Positions 1-9,971 of a stretch of DNA of 64,000 nucleotides are shown piece by piece. The translations under genes were made by a program, and so were the position numbers. Within the stretch, counting starts at the first letter, position 1; the number at the start of each line of letters is the position of its first letter. The stretch is from Prolixibacteraceae bacterium (GTDB lineage: Bacteria; Bacteroidota; Bacteroidia; Bacteroidales; Prolixibacteraceae): NCBI GenBank assembly GCA_038562555.1, contig JBCFBK010000003.1, forward strand, positions 104,343-168,342. Direction: 5' to 3'. The notes under the pieces are model-generated. The model was not told where the DNA came from. It did not search any database and saw only the letters and a list, made by a program, of their open reading frames with translations.

Positions 1-3000
1 AGCCTCCACACGTCGTTTGTCTGGGATATGAGCCAGGACCAGACCTACCGCATTTATACGTCTTCGCTGCAGGAAGGGCTCATTTGTTATGATCAGAACG
101 GGAAATACCTGGACGCTTACCTCCCTGGTTCCGGCCGGAATAATACCGGAAACCTGAGGATTAACTGCGTTCAGACCGTCAATGACAACGTTTGGTTTGG
201 CATTGGCTTAAATACCCTGTGCTCGCTTGACAGCCGGACCAGGCAGATAAGGCAGTATGGCAGTAACGGTCAGCATATTGGCACGATTAAGGCTATCACA
301 AAGTATTCGGAGAAAGAACTCCTGATCGGTTCCGATAATGGGCTGTATCTTTTCAATCTGCAGCAGGGGCAATTTACCCGCATCGATAATCCGCTGAATT
401 CACGCAGTTTGAGCGACCGGTCGGTGACAGCCGTTTTAAAGGATACCGAAGGCGGTTTCTGGATCACGACTACGATGGGCGGCGTGAATTATCTTCCCAA
501 ACAGGCCGTTGTGTTTAACTATTACCCGCCTGCATACGACCCCGGGGCTGTCACGGGCAAAGTGGTCAGTCAGTTTTGTGAAGACAGGGACGGGAATATC
601 TTTGTCGGCGCACAGGACGGTCTGAAGCTTCTGGATGTTAAAACGATGAATGTGACGTCGTTTTCTGTTCCGGGTATGACGCAGAAAGTGGATATCCGTT
701 CACTGCTGCTTGACGGCGATCAGCTCTGGATCGGTACTTATGCCGAAGGGTTGAAGGTGCTGAACCTGAAAAGCAGGAAACTGACCGAATATTTCCAAAC
801 GCGGAACTCATCAACGACCATCTGCAGCAACGATGTATTATCGCTTTACCGCGACAGGGGAGGGAATATCTACGTGGGTACCACCTGGGGATTGTGCCGT
901 TTTGATCCGGTGGCCGACAATTTCGTGACGCTGAATTTCGTGGGAACCATGACTTCGGTCTTTGATATTCTGGAAGACCGGTCGGGCTTTCTCTGGATTG
1001 CCACCAATAATGCCGGGGCATTCCGCTTTAATCCGAAAGACGGTCAATGGAAACATTTTGTCCGTGAAGAAAATCAACCCGGCTCGCTGACCAGCAATGC
1101 GATCATCACGCTCTATGAAGACCTGAACGGAACCATCTGGCTGGGTACCGACGGTGGGGGACTTTGTTCTTTTGATGAAAAGACTGAAACGTTTACGGAC
1201 TTTGATCCGCAGAATCAAATCCTGTCGAGTAAGGTCATTTATGCCATCGAAGAAGATATCCTGGGAAATTTCTGGATATCGGGGAATGCAGGCCTGCTGC
1301 GGGTGGATCCCGCAAACACGCTCAACCGGAAGCTTTTCACCCTCGAAGACGGATTGCAGGGAAACCAGTTTAATTACCGGGCCTCGCTGAAGTCGGGCCT
1401 CGGTATGTTGTACTTCGGCGGGATTAACGGTTTTAATTCATTTTTTCCAAGCGATTTTGTGGAGAATCGTTTTGTGCCCCCGGTGTATATTGTCGGTGCC
1501 CGGCTGTACAATGTCGGAGAAAAGGAAAGTGAGCAGGTGCTGAATCTGGGAGGACCGGTTTATACAGTAAAAGAAGTCGCACTTCCGTACCGAAATAACA
1601 GCATTGCCTTCGAATTCCGCGCACTCAGTTATGTGCAACCGGACAAGAACACCTATCAATATATGCTTGAAGGCTTTGACAAAAGCTGGATCGACAACGG
1701 GAACATCAGTTTTGCTTCCTATACGAACCTTCCCGCCGGCGAATATCTGTTCCGGGTGAAGGGCGCCAATAACGATCAGCACTGGAACGGGCAAGAGGCA
1801 ACGATTAGTCTGGTCATTCTGCCTCCGTGGTGGAAATCGGTCTACGCGTACTGGGCTTATTTTCTTATTCTGGCCGGCGCCGCATACCTTACATACAGAT
1901 ACCTGGCCGACCGGACACGGCAGAAGTTTGCCAAACAAATGGAGGCTTACCAGATCAGGACCGAAAAGGAAACCTATCAATCCAAGATCCGGTTTTTTGT
2001 GAACCTGGTACACGAGATCCGGACGCCGCTCACTCTCATCAAGCTTCCGCTGGAGAAACTGGCCGACCGGCACGCCGATGCACAGTCGTCGGGCTACCTG
2101 GCAGTCATTCACCGGAATGTTGATTACCTGCTTCACGTGGCGAACCAGTTGCTCGATTTTCAGAAAATTGAAAACGAGGAGGCGCCGCTGGTTCTGAGCC
2201 GGCAGTCCCTAAACGGTCTGGTCAGGGAAGCGTACGAATTATTTGCGTATACGGCTTCGTCACGGCAGGTGGAACTGTTTCTGTCTTTGCCGGAAAACGA
2301 CAGGGATGCCGTCATTGACCGCGAAAAGATTTATAAGATACTGGTCAACCTGCTGAGCAACGCGGTGAAGCATGCCCGGACAAAGATCGGCCTTCGCCTG
2401 GAGGTGTTTGACGATCATTTTAAGATCAGCGTTGCCGACGACGGACCGGGCATTGCCGATCATGAAAAAGAAAAGGTGTTCGAGGCTTTTTACCAGTCGG
2501 CCGCAACGCAAAACGGGCTCGGTACCGGAATCGGGCTTGCCTTCTCCAGGTCGCTCGCCCAACGTCATCAGGGCCGCATTACCCTTGCCGACAATGAATG
2601 GGGAGGGGCTTCGTTTGTTTTGTCGGTCCCGTTCCGGGAATCTTCGCCGCAAAGGGTTGTAACGGGGCAGAGCACGCAGCCGGCTCCGGCAGCAACGATC
2701 GGCGACGCCGTGAAGGAAGAACCGGAAGTGACCGATGCGCCGTTCAAAAACTGCAGGGTACTGCTCGTGGAAGATCATGCTGAACTGCTCGACATGACTG
2801 CCGATTCGCTCCGGCCTTTCTTTTCTGTGATGAAGGCGCTGAACGGCCGGCAAGCGCTCGATGTGCTTTCGTCCGAAAACATCGACCTGGTGGTGAGTGA
2901 TGTGATGATGCCCGAAATGGATGGCTTTGAGCTGTGCCGAACCATTAAAAGCGACATCAGCTACAGCCATATTCCGGTGATCCTGCTGACGGCCAAAGTG

Positions 3001-3522
3001 GCGCTCGATTCGAAAATTGAAGGAATGGAATACGGTGCCGACGTTTACCTGGAGAAGCCGTTTTCGATGAAATACCTGCAAAAACAGATTGGAAACCTGC
3101 TTCAACTGAAACAATCTTTTCAGAAGATGCTTTCGGCCGATCCGTCGCGGGCGGTGGTCAGCATGCCGGTCTCCAAAAGGGACAAGGAGTTCCTGGAACG
3201 CCTGCACGCCAGCGTGGAAGAGCATATCGGCGATCCCGGTTTCTCGATCGACACGATCGCAGAGACCATGTTCATGAGCCGCTCCAGCTTTTACCGAAAA
3301 ATTAAAGGAATTGCGGGGATGTCGCCAAACGATTATCTGCGGGTGCTGCGCCTGAACAAGGCCGCCGAACTGTTGCTTCAGAACGACTTGCCGGTCTCCG
3401 AAATATGCACCCAAACCGGCTTCAGTTCATCGTCCTACTTTGCCAAATGCTTCAAAGCCCATTTCGGCGTTTTACCGAAAGACTACGTCCCTGGCAAAAC
3501 CGTGCATCATGGGGCTGATTGA
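1..3522 (+). CDS. Hybrid two-component system sensor histidine kinase/response regulator with C-terminal AraC-type HTH (HTCS). It is partial at the 5' end: the frame is open to the window edge and there is no signal peptide.
   Basis: It carries beta-propeller two-component-regulator repeats plus a Y_Y_Y region, and a transmembrane segment (WWKSVYAYWAYFLILAGAAYL). The HisKA H-box is HEIRTPL, with a HATPase region (VADDGPGIADHEKEKVFEAFYQ...GTGIGLAFS). A receiver domain follows (LLVEDHAELLD...VVSDVMMPEMDGFEL...ILLTAK). The AraC helix-turn-helix is at the C terminus (SRSSFYRKIKGIAGMSPNDYLRVLRL). Confidence 0.9.
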   Translation, partial: SLHTSFVWDMSQDQTYRIYTSSLQEGLICYDQNGKYLDAYLPGSGRNNTGNLRINCVQTVNDNVWFGIGLNTLCSLDSRTRQIRQYGSNGQHIGTIKAITKYSEKELLIGSDNGLYLFNLQQGQFTRIDNPLNSRSLSDRSVTAVLKDTEGGFWITTTMGGVNYLPKQAVVFNYYPPAYDPGAVTGKVVSQFCEDRDGNIFVGAQDGLKLLDVKTMNVTSFSVPGMTQKVDIRSLLLDGDQLWIGTYAEGLKVLNLKSRKLTEYFQTRNSSTTICSNDVLSLYRDRGGNIYVGTTWGLCRFDPVADNFVTLNFVGTMTSVFDILEDRSGFLWIATNNAGAFRFNPKDGQWKHFVREENQPGSLTSNAIITLYEDLNGTIWLGTDGGGLCSFDEKTETFTDFDPQNQILSSKVIYAIEEDILGNFWISGNAGLLRVDPANTLNRKLFTLEDGLQGNQFNYRASLKSGLGMLYFGGINGFNSFFPSDFVENRFVPPVYIVGARLYNVGEKESEQVLNLGGPVYTVKEVALPYRNNSIAFEFRALSYVQPDKNTYQYMLEGFDKSWIDNGNISFASYTNLPAGEYLFRVKGANNDQHWNGQEATISLVILPPWWKSVYAYWAYFLILAGAAYLTYRYLADRTRQKFAKQMEAYQIRTEKETYQSKIRFFVNLVHEIRTPLTLIKLPLEKLADRHADAQSSGYLAVIHRNVDYLLHVANQLLDFQKIENEEAPLVLSRQSLNGLVREAYELFAYTASSRQVELFLSLPENDRDAVIDREKIYKILVNLLSNAVKHARTKIGLRLEVFDDHFKISVADDGPGIADHEKEKVFEAFYQSAATQNGLGTGIGLAFSRSLAQRHQGRITLADNEWGGASFVLSVPFRESSPQRVVTGQSTQPAPAATIGDAVKEEPEVTDAPFKNCRVLLVEDHAELLDMTADSLRPFFSVMKALNGRQALDVLSSENIDLVVSDVMMPEMDGFELCRTIKSDISYSHIPVILLTAKVALDSKIEGMEYGADVYLEKPFSMKYLQKQIGNLLQLKQSFQKMLSADPSRAVVSMPVSKRDKEFLERLHASVEEHIGDPGFSIDTIAETMFMSRSSFYRKIKGIAGMSPNDYLRVLRLNKAAELLLQNDLPVSEICTQTGFSSSSYFAKCFKAHFGVLPKDYVPGKTVHHGAD

Positions 3523-3556
3523 CAGACTTCTATCGATACTCCTCAAACATCCAGTC

Positions 3557-6046
3557 CTATTTATCTTTTAATTGCGATCCCAGTAGTTTGATATAGTAAC
3601 CGCCTACTACGGAGCGGGCGCGGAAACCCACAATTCTTTTGGTATTTGTATTGTGCCAGTCAGACATGGGGACACGGTCGGTGGTTTCGTTCATAAAGCG
3701 GTGCAGCGGATTGATCAGCTTCTGAAAGGTTTCCGGATCATCGCTCAGGCTGGCGCTCCACACCGTCCAGTCTGCTTTGGTATAACTGTGCCGGCTGTCG
3801 AGCGGCACACCATAGGTGTTCTGCTTCGCGAGGTAGTAAGCAAGTTCCTTGCGGATGACGTCTTCGGGGAAAATATTTAGCTTGAGCAGCTTGTCCCACG
3901 CCAGGTTGTACTTTTGGCTCCAGCTTTCGGACTGATCGAAAGTGAGGCGGAAGTGATCACCATCGTTGGCCATCTTCATCCACTGCCCGGCCATTCGTCT
4001 TGCTTCGGCCCTATATTTCTCCTCCAGGTCATTTTTGCCCAGCATTCCAGCCAGTTTGCCATAGCAAGCAATGGCCAGGATGGCTTTTACCGATAGGTTT
4101 GCGTTGTGTTCGAGGTGACCGGCGAAATCATCAGTACAGAGCTGGTTATCAGGATCTAATCCATTTTTGAGCAGGTATTTGACCCAGAGCGTAAGCACAT
4201 CCCAGTGTCTTCGCGCGTAGTCGGCATTTCCTTCAACGGCTGCAATCGCGGTGGTCAGGATCAGCATGTTTCCTGCTTCTTCTACCGGCATGTCGCCTCG
4301 GTAATTCTGACCCTTGGCCCAGGGATAGGTGCCGATGTCATGCGCGGGAAAGGGTTTCTCCCACTTGCCGCTTTCACTGTAATAAAATATCGGATTTAAC
4401 ATACCCTTTGCCAACTCCGGATTGTATTGTAAAAATAAAGGAGCAGAAGGATAGGCTACATCTACGGTAGCCATCATGCCGTTACTGTAGTTTTCTTTTG
4501 ATAAAAAAAGAAGCTCTCCGTTCGGCGATTCTACTAGCTTATGGGCGGCGATAGCCTGCCGGTAAGCTAGTGCGCACAACTCGGCATATTTTTTCCCGCC
4601 GGCATCCCAGGCATCGGAGATCAGGCGATAGTCGAAACGGGTGCACCGCCTGCGCAATTCTTCGAATTCATGGTCGGCCAGGGCAAACATCTCTTCGATG
4701 GTTTTATCGCCGGACCTATTCCAGTAGGGCCGAAGATTCTCACTAAAATAGTGGATTGAATAGATGTCATCATACCCAAGCATGATCTTTCCCGACGCAG
4801 ATCTGATCTTTCCCAGTGATTGTGCCAGAGCGAGGGCAGCGTCTTCTTTAAGTGTCATATTTCCCAATAGCTTCCCGACATGGGCAAAGTCCCTGCGCAT
4901 CTGAAAAGGATTTCCTGTTGCTCCTGAGCTTTTGTGCGCTTCCCCGCATAGAAAAAAATGTCCCCAATCAATACGGATGTTATCGCCTCGCTTACCAAGT
5001 ATTTTTTGTTTGACACTTCCGGTTTTCAGGAAGAGAAGCCTGTCTTTCTCATAGCCTTCACCAGTATTCTCCTGCGATGGAATATTTAATGCCCAATTTG
5101 GGGAGGCTTCAAAATAGATTTGCACGTCGTGTTTTTTACCGTCGAGTGAACGCACGTCATAATAAATATAATTGACAGGTCTGGAAAGTAAATCCAATCG
5201 ATCCATGAGCAAAGGCGCGAGAAAAGATAATTTCAGCTCTACCCGTCCGCATTCGAAGGTGTAATGTGTCTGGGTGGCCTGTACATCGACATTTTGTTGT
5301 AAAGCAGTTTGAGACAAGTAGTGCCCGATTTCGTCTTCGGCATAAAGACCAAAATCAACCAGGCCTCCTCCTTCTTTGTTGCTGCAATGGGCAGCTATGA
5401 CCGTTTTCCCAGGCTTCAGTGATTTCACCACCGAGTCGGGCAGTTCCAAGTAGACCTTCTTCTTCCATTCATACCCGGTATGAACCAGCTTTATCCCGTT
5501 CAGGTACAGCTCAAAGGTGTCATCGTGTGAATAGCGAAGAAAGACCTTTTTTCCCCTGTAATCATCCCTGATGGCAATATGCCTCCGCACCCAAATCTCA
5601 GGAGTCTGCCATGGGGTATTTACATTTTCTTCACCGGGGGTTCCAAAGGCAGCTTTACCTTCAATCCATAAAGCGTCGTCAAAGTCGGGTTTTTCCCATC
5701 CTTCTCCGGGATTTTTGACCTGGTATACCCCTGTCCATGCTTTTTCTGTTGACATCGCGGCAATTTTTATCACCGGAGGTTCTTCAACACCCATAAACCG
5801 GTAAACCTTTTCGTCCACACGAATAGCTCCAATCAAGGGGAACTCTTTTCCCGTCCAGTGTTTAACTTGCTGGTCGTAAAGTCTGTCGGTCATCGACCAT
5901 GCGCTGGTATAAGGATCAATGGTAACCAATGGATAGGCCGGCGCACGGAGGTTGTTCTTCAAAACAGAAGGTTTTTCATATGTCCCGCATCCTGTTATGG
6001 TACCCAGGCATATCATGTAAATGAGTCGCTTCATGGGGGCGGGCAT
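3557..6046 (-). CDS. DUF4965/DUF5127/DUF1793-family protein (glutaminase A-like six-hairpin fold). It is a candidate glycoside hydrolase and has a lipoprotein-type signal.
   Basis: It is an 829-aa ORF with an N-terminal signal and Cys (ITGCGTYEKP). It is ~60% identical over the N-terminal ~230 aa to the ORF at 16682..19180. The stop overlaps the start of the GH43 gene, implying an operon. Confidence 0.75.
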   Translation of the reverse strand: MPAPMKRLIYMICLGTITGCGTYEKPSVLKNNLRAPAYPLVTIDPYTSAWSMTDRLYDQQVKHWTGKEFPLIGAIRVDEKVYRFMGVEEPPVIKIAAMSTEKAWTGVYQVKNPGEGWEKPDFDDALWIEGKAAFGTPGEENVNTPWQTPEIWVRRHIAIRDDYRGKKVFLRYSHDDTFELYLNGIKLVHTGYEWKKKVYLELPDSVVKSLKPGKTVIAAHCSNKEGGGLVDFGLYAEDEIGHYLSQTALQQNVDVQATQTHYTFECGRVELKLSFLAPLLMDRLDLLSRPVNYIYYDVRSLDGKKHDVQIYFEASPNWALNIPSQENTGEGYEKDRLLFLKTGSVKQKILGKRGDNIRIDWGHFFLCGEAHKSSGATGNPFQMRRDFAHVGKLLGNMTLKEDAALALAQSLGKIRSASGKIMLGYDDIYSIHYFSENLRPYWNRSGDKTIEEMFALADHEFEELRRRCTRFDYRLISDAWDAGGKKYAELCALAYRQAIAAHKLVESPNGELLFLSKENYSNGMMATVDVAYPSAPLFLQYNPELAKGMLNPIFYYSESGKWEKPFPAHDIGTYPWAKGQNYRGDMPVEEAGNMLILTTAIAAVEGNADYARRHWDVLTLWVKYLLKNGLDPDNQLCTDDFAGHLEHNANLSVKAILAIACYGKLAGMLGKNDLEEKYRAEARRMAGQWMKMANDGDHFRLTFDQSESWSQKYNLAWDKLLKLNIFPEDVIRKELAYYLAKQNTYGVPLDSRHSYTKADWTVWSASLSDDPETFQKLINPLHRFMNETTDRVPMSDWHNTNTKRIVGFRARSVVGGYYIKLLGSQLKDK

Positions 6047-7185
6047 TATAATCCTGATGGCCTGACAATGTTTTCAATCTCTGACTGCGCTTCTCCGAAT
6101 GCGGGAAAACCTTTCTCATCCCATCCCATTTTTTGCAGTCGGGGCGAACGGGTATCTGTGTCAGGGGAAGGCAACGAGCCATAAGGCTCTTTTTCTGTAG
6201 GCCGTGCCTGATACAGGAAGTAGATTTCCTTTTGGTCGGGCGAAGGGATAAAACAAGGGGTACCAGTCGAGAATACTTGATTGTCAGGATTTTGCTTAAA
6301 AACTGGTTGATCTGACTTCTTCCAGGAGGCCGGATCGAGCAGATCGGCATTCGCGTCGGCAACCAACATGCCTACTGCGTAATACGGGGTCCAGGTTCCG
6401 CTGGCTGAATAGTAGATCAGTACTTTACTTTTGTCTTTGGTGTAGAAGTATTGCGGATCTTCGTTCACGTAGATCGGATAGCCTGTTTTGCTGCCGTCGG
6501 GATTGATCCACTGGCGTTCCCATTCGTATTCTGGTTTCGAGATTAACACCCTTTCCGACGCCAGTGTCCATGGGTTCTCCATCCGGGCGATATAGATGCA
6601 CTGGGTTTCAGCTTCTACCCGCCGGGTCTGCCAGCCCGACCAGATCATATACCATTCATTTCGGTGACAGAACACGCTGGCATGAATTCCCCAACTGTTG
6701 TTTTGGTCAGTCCTGACCCGTCCCTTCATTGTAAACTCTCCTTCAATAGGATCTTCCGAACTGTTTTCAATGACATAAATCTGGTGATTATCTGTATTCC
6801 CGTCGTCTGCCGCAAAATAAATATACCATTTCCCGTTCATGTAATGCATCTCGGGACCCCAAATATGAGAAGAGTTGGTCTTATCCCGGGGGATCCACAC
6901 ATCCTTTTTGGGCGCATTTCTCAGCTCCGTAATATCCGAAGTTTTCCACAACGTGATCTGGTCACCGGCGTCCTGGAAATAGTAATAATTATCCTTGTAG
7001 AATGTGGCCCATGGGCGGGCGCCCGATGGAAGCAGAGGATTGGTATAGGTCTTATCGAGTGTGCTGAGTACACCTTGCTGGACTTGCGTTTTACTGGTAC
7101 AGGAAATTGCAATGACCGTGATTAATGTGTAAGTGGTTGAACTTATGGTTGCTAGGTTCATTATTATAGGTTTTGTCGCGATCAA
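6046..7185 (-). CDS. Glycoside hydrolase family 43 (arabinofuranosidase/arabinanase-like), secreted lipoprotein.
   Basis: It has the five-bladed propeller motifs WGPEMHYMNGKWYIYFAADDG and the signal/lipobox region NLATISSTTYTLITVIAISCTS. An alternative start is at 7161. Confidence 0.8.
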   Translation of the reverse strand: MIATKPIIMNLATISSTTYTLITVIAISCTSKTQVQQGVLSTLDKTYTNPLLPSGARPWATFYKDNYYYFQDAGDQITLWKTSDITELRNAPKKDVWIPRDKTNSSHIWGPEMHYMNGKWYIYFAADDGNTDNHQIYVIENSSEDPIEGEFTMKGRVRTDQNNSWGIHASVFCHRNEWYMIWSGWQTRRVEAETQCIYIARMENPWTLASERVLISKPEYEWERQWINPDGSKTGYPIYVNEDPQYFYTKDKSKVLIYYSASGTWTPYYAVGMLVADANADLLDPASWKKSDQPVFKQNPDNQVFSTGTPCFIPSPDQKEIYFLYQARPTEKEPYGSLPSPDTDTRSPRLQKMGWDEKGFPAFGEAQSEIENIVRPSGL

Positions 7186-7405
7186 AGTTAATTCTTTTGT
7201 TCGATCCTGATAAGTATTTCCGCCATTATTGAACTGCCATTCTCTTTTTTTGACCAGCTATTTCAGGTGTGCTTTTTTTGGGGGGTGTATTTTTGACCGG
7301 CAATATTGGTAAGGGTATAATCTCTGACCTTCGCTAAAAATTAATTAACCAAAAGGAATTCACCAGAGCCTGCTCTGGGGTGATTCCTATTAAAAAAGAG
7401 CCGTT

Positions 7406-8506
7406 ATGAATAAAAACCTATTTTTAGTATTGTGCTTTCTCCCTTTTCATCTGTTTGCTCAGATTGACCTGTTACAAGACTTCCCTGAAAGATATACCCC
7501 CGAAGAGGCAGGCAAGCGCCTGGCATATCATTTTGTGGGTGCCAGGCATGACCTTTACGCCGGAAAATATATCCACTATGCCGAAGTGTGTACATGGAAC
7601 GGAGCGCTCGATTATGCTTTGAAAGCAAAAGATCAGAACCTCATTCAACTTTTGCAACGCAGATTTGAACCCTTGTTTACCCGTGAAAAAGTGTTGCTGC
7701 CTCCCATGAACCATGTGGATTACAATATGTTCGGAAGCCTTGCCCTGAAACTTTATCAGATAACAAAAGATAAACGGTATCTGGATATGGGGTTGGCCTA
7801 CGCCGACAGCCAGTGGGAAGCGCCCCAGCATGTAAAGCCTGACGAGAAAGCCTGGGCCGACAAAGGGTATTCGTGGCAAACGCGCATGTGGATTGACGAT
7901 ATGTATATGATTACCGTTGTACAAAAAGAAGCGTATAAAGTGACGGGCGATGTCAAATATATTGACCGGGCGGCCAAAGAAATGGTCCTTTATCTGGATG
8001 AACTGCAACATCCCAACGGGCTGTTCTATCACGCGCCGGACGTCCCTTACTATTGGGCACGGGGAAATGGCTGGATGGCTGTGGGCATGGCCGATCTGCT
8101 TCGAGAGTTGCCCATAGACCACAAAGAGCGTCCGCGCATTATGGAAGGCTACCTGTCGATGATGAAAAACCTGAAGCATTATCAAGGCCCGGATGGCATG
8201 TGGAATCAATTGGTTGATGAGCCGGATTGTTGGGCTGAAACGTCCGGTTCGGCCATGTTTACCTATGCCCTTATTGTCGGGATCCGGCAAGGATGGCTGG
8301 ATGCCCGGGAGTATGCTCCTGTAACGAGAAAAGCCTGGTTAGCCATGGTTCCGTACATTGACGAGCGGAATAATGTAACCGAAGTTTGTGTCGGTACAGG
8401 TAAAAAGAACGATAAACAACATTATTATAACCGTCCACGCCTCGCAGGAGATTTTCACGGGCAAGCACCTTATCTCTGGTGCGCCGGCGCCTTGCTTGAA
8501 GAATAA
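7406..8506 (+). CDS. Unsaturated rhamnogalacturonyl/glucuronyl hydrolase (GH105; GH88 is the less likely alternative).
   Basis: It is 366 aa with a signal peptide. The WIDDMYM and GNGWMAVGMADLL motifs are typical of the GH105/GH88 six-hairpin fold, and the size fits GH105. Confidence 0.75.
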   Translation: MNKNLFLVLCFLPFHLFAQIDLLQDFPERYTPEEAGKRLAYHFVGARHDLYAGKYIHYAEVCTWNGALDYALKAKDQNLIQLLQRRFEPLFTREKVLLPPMNHVDYNMFGSLALKLYQITKDKRYLDMGLAYADSQWEAPQHVKPDEKAWADKGYSWQTRMWIDDMYMITVVQKEAYKVTGDVKYIDRAAKEMVLYLDELQHPNGLFYHAPDVPYYWARGNGWMAVGMADLLRELPIDHKERPRIMEGYLSMMKNLKHYQGPDGMWNQLVDEPDCWAETSGSAMFTYALIVGIRQGWLDAREYAPVTRKAWLAMVPYIDERNNVTEVCVGTGKKNDKQHYYNRPRLAGDFHGQAPYLWCAGALLEE

Positions 8507-8587
8507 TGAGATTTTGACCACATCTGCTGAGTAAGCGTGTTGTGTATTGAAAACTAACTAATTACAGATTAATTAAAATTAAAATCT

Positions 8588-9955
8588 ATGCATTTTGAAA
8601 TGAACATGAAAACCAGGCATTGGCAGTTGTTGCTGATGCTGATCGTTCTTTGTGTATCGTGTAAAGACGAAAACGAAGAACAGGGAGTTAGCTTTGACCC
8701 GGATAAACCGGTTGTTATCAATGATTTTACTCCTAAAGAGGGCGGATTGGGAACCCGCCTGATTCTCTACGGCGACAATTTCGGGAATGATGCGTCCAAA
8801 GTGTCCGTGACGATCGGAGGCCGGAACGCCAAAGTTGTAGGTGTGAAAAATCAGGCTTTGCATTGCATGGTTCCGACAGGCGCTTACAGCGGAGAAATTG
8901 AACTGATCATCCTCGGTGACGACGGTGAAGAGATAACCCGCGCGGAAGCAGAAACGCCATTCACTTACGAAAAGAAACTGCTTGTTTCAACTTTTCTGGG
9001 GAAGCATGTTGAGAAAGAATCTGACCTGGTAAGAAAAGATGGTCCGTTTGACGATTGCGGGTCTTTTCAGAATATGAGGTGGCTTTCCTTTGATAACCAA
9101 AATCCCAACCGACTGTATGTGGCCTGTCAGACCAGAGGTACCCGTCTGATCGATTTTGATAACAAGTATGTGAGCACCTTTACGACCAACATCGATAATG
9201 TTTCTTCCGTAAACTGGAAACTGGACGGCGATATGATCGTCTCACGCGACCATGCCAGCGATGCCGCCATAGGTCTTTTCCTGTTTACCCGTGCATCCGG
9301 ATTCAACACAAGAAATGACCTCTGTCTTGGCCGGGGCGTTAAAGCTTCTGTAACGCACCCGGTAAATGGCGAGATGTACTTCACCAGATACAGGGCAGGC
9401 GACGTGCAACGGTATGATTTTGAAACCAGAGTATTGGAAACAGTATTTCAGAACCCGTATGCCGGCGTGCATTTTATTCTTATAATCCACCCCACGGGTG
9501 ATTATGCCTATCTCGTCGAATCCGACAGGCATTATATTATGCGGACCGAATATGACAAGGAAAGAAAAACCTTTACGATACCCTATCTGGTATGCGGAGC
9601 GGCAGCTACTTCAGGGTATGCCGACGGAGTGGGAAGCAGCGCCCGGTTAAATATGCCCATGCAGGGTGTATTTGTAAAAAACCCGCAGTACGAAGGGCAG
9701 GAAGATGAATATGATTTTTATTTCTGCGATAAGAATAATCATGCCATACGTAAACTGACTCCCCTGGGAAGGGTCGAAACATTTGCAGGGCGGGGCAATA
9801 ACGGCACCTCCGGGTATAACGACGGGGATCTCCGTTTGGAAGCCCGGTTCAACAGTCCGGAATCGATCGTTTACGACCAGTCGAGGCAATGTTTTTATGT
9901 AGGAGATACCGGTAATTATCTGATCCGCAAGATCGGTTATGAAGAGGAATATTAA
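8588..9955 (+). CDS. IPT/TIG-domain plus NHL-repeat surface lipoprotein, the PUL accessory protein usually found upstream of susC.
   Basis: It has a lipoprotein signal (LMLIVLCVSC). An IPT/TIG region follows (ITDFTPKEGGLGTRLILYGDNFG...VTIGG), and NHL-like repeats are at the C terminus (FAGRGNNGTSGYNDGDLRLEARFNSPESIVYD). Confidence 0.75.
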   Translation: MHFEMNMKTRHWQLLLMLIVLCVSCKDENEEQGVSFDPDKPVVINDFTPKEGGLGTRLILYGDNFGNDASKVSVTIGGRNAKVVGVKNQALHCMVPTGAYSGEIELIILGDDGEEITRAEAETPFTYEKKLLVSTFLGKHVEKESDLVRKDGPFDDCGSFQNMRWLSFDNQNPNRLYVACQTRGTRLIDFDNKYVSTFTTNIDNVSSVNWKLDGDMIVSRDHASDAAIGLFLFTRASGFNTRNDLCLGRGVKASVTHPVNGEMYFTRYRAGDVQRYDFETRVLETVFQNPYAGVHFILIIHPTGDYAYLVESDRHYIMRTEYDKERKTFTIPYLVCGAAATSGYADGVGSSARLNMPMQGVFVKNPQYEGQEDEYDFYFCDKNNHAIRKLTPLGRVETFAGRGNNGTSGYNDGDLRLEARFNSPESIVYDQSRQCFYVGDTGNYLIRKIGYEEEY

Positions 9956-9971
9956 ATGATAAACAGATGAT

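Noticed and set aside
1438-3414. Long antisense ORFs on the minus strand within the HTCS gene (232 aa and 384 aa). Similar shadow ORFs lie inside susC-2 (21628..22467), the sulfatase gene (26636..27712), nagB (38151..39026), susD-1 (14031..14696) and dsbD.
   Set aside because: They lie entirely inside well-supported, motif-rich genes on the opposite strand. Their composition is low-complexity and rich in Arg, His and Pro, which is typical of GC-skewed shadow frames. They have no recognisable domains.
7270-7320. Possible promoter for the GH105 operon, with TATTTTTG at 7288 and a sigma70-like TATAAT at 7315.
   Set aside because: The TTTG/-7 spacing does not fit the Bacteroidetes sigma-ABfr consensus of about 19-21 nt. 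The nearest TTTG is 7 nt or 37 nt away. TATAAT-type promoters are not used by this phylum. The site is left uncalled.
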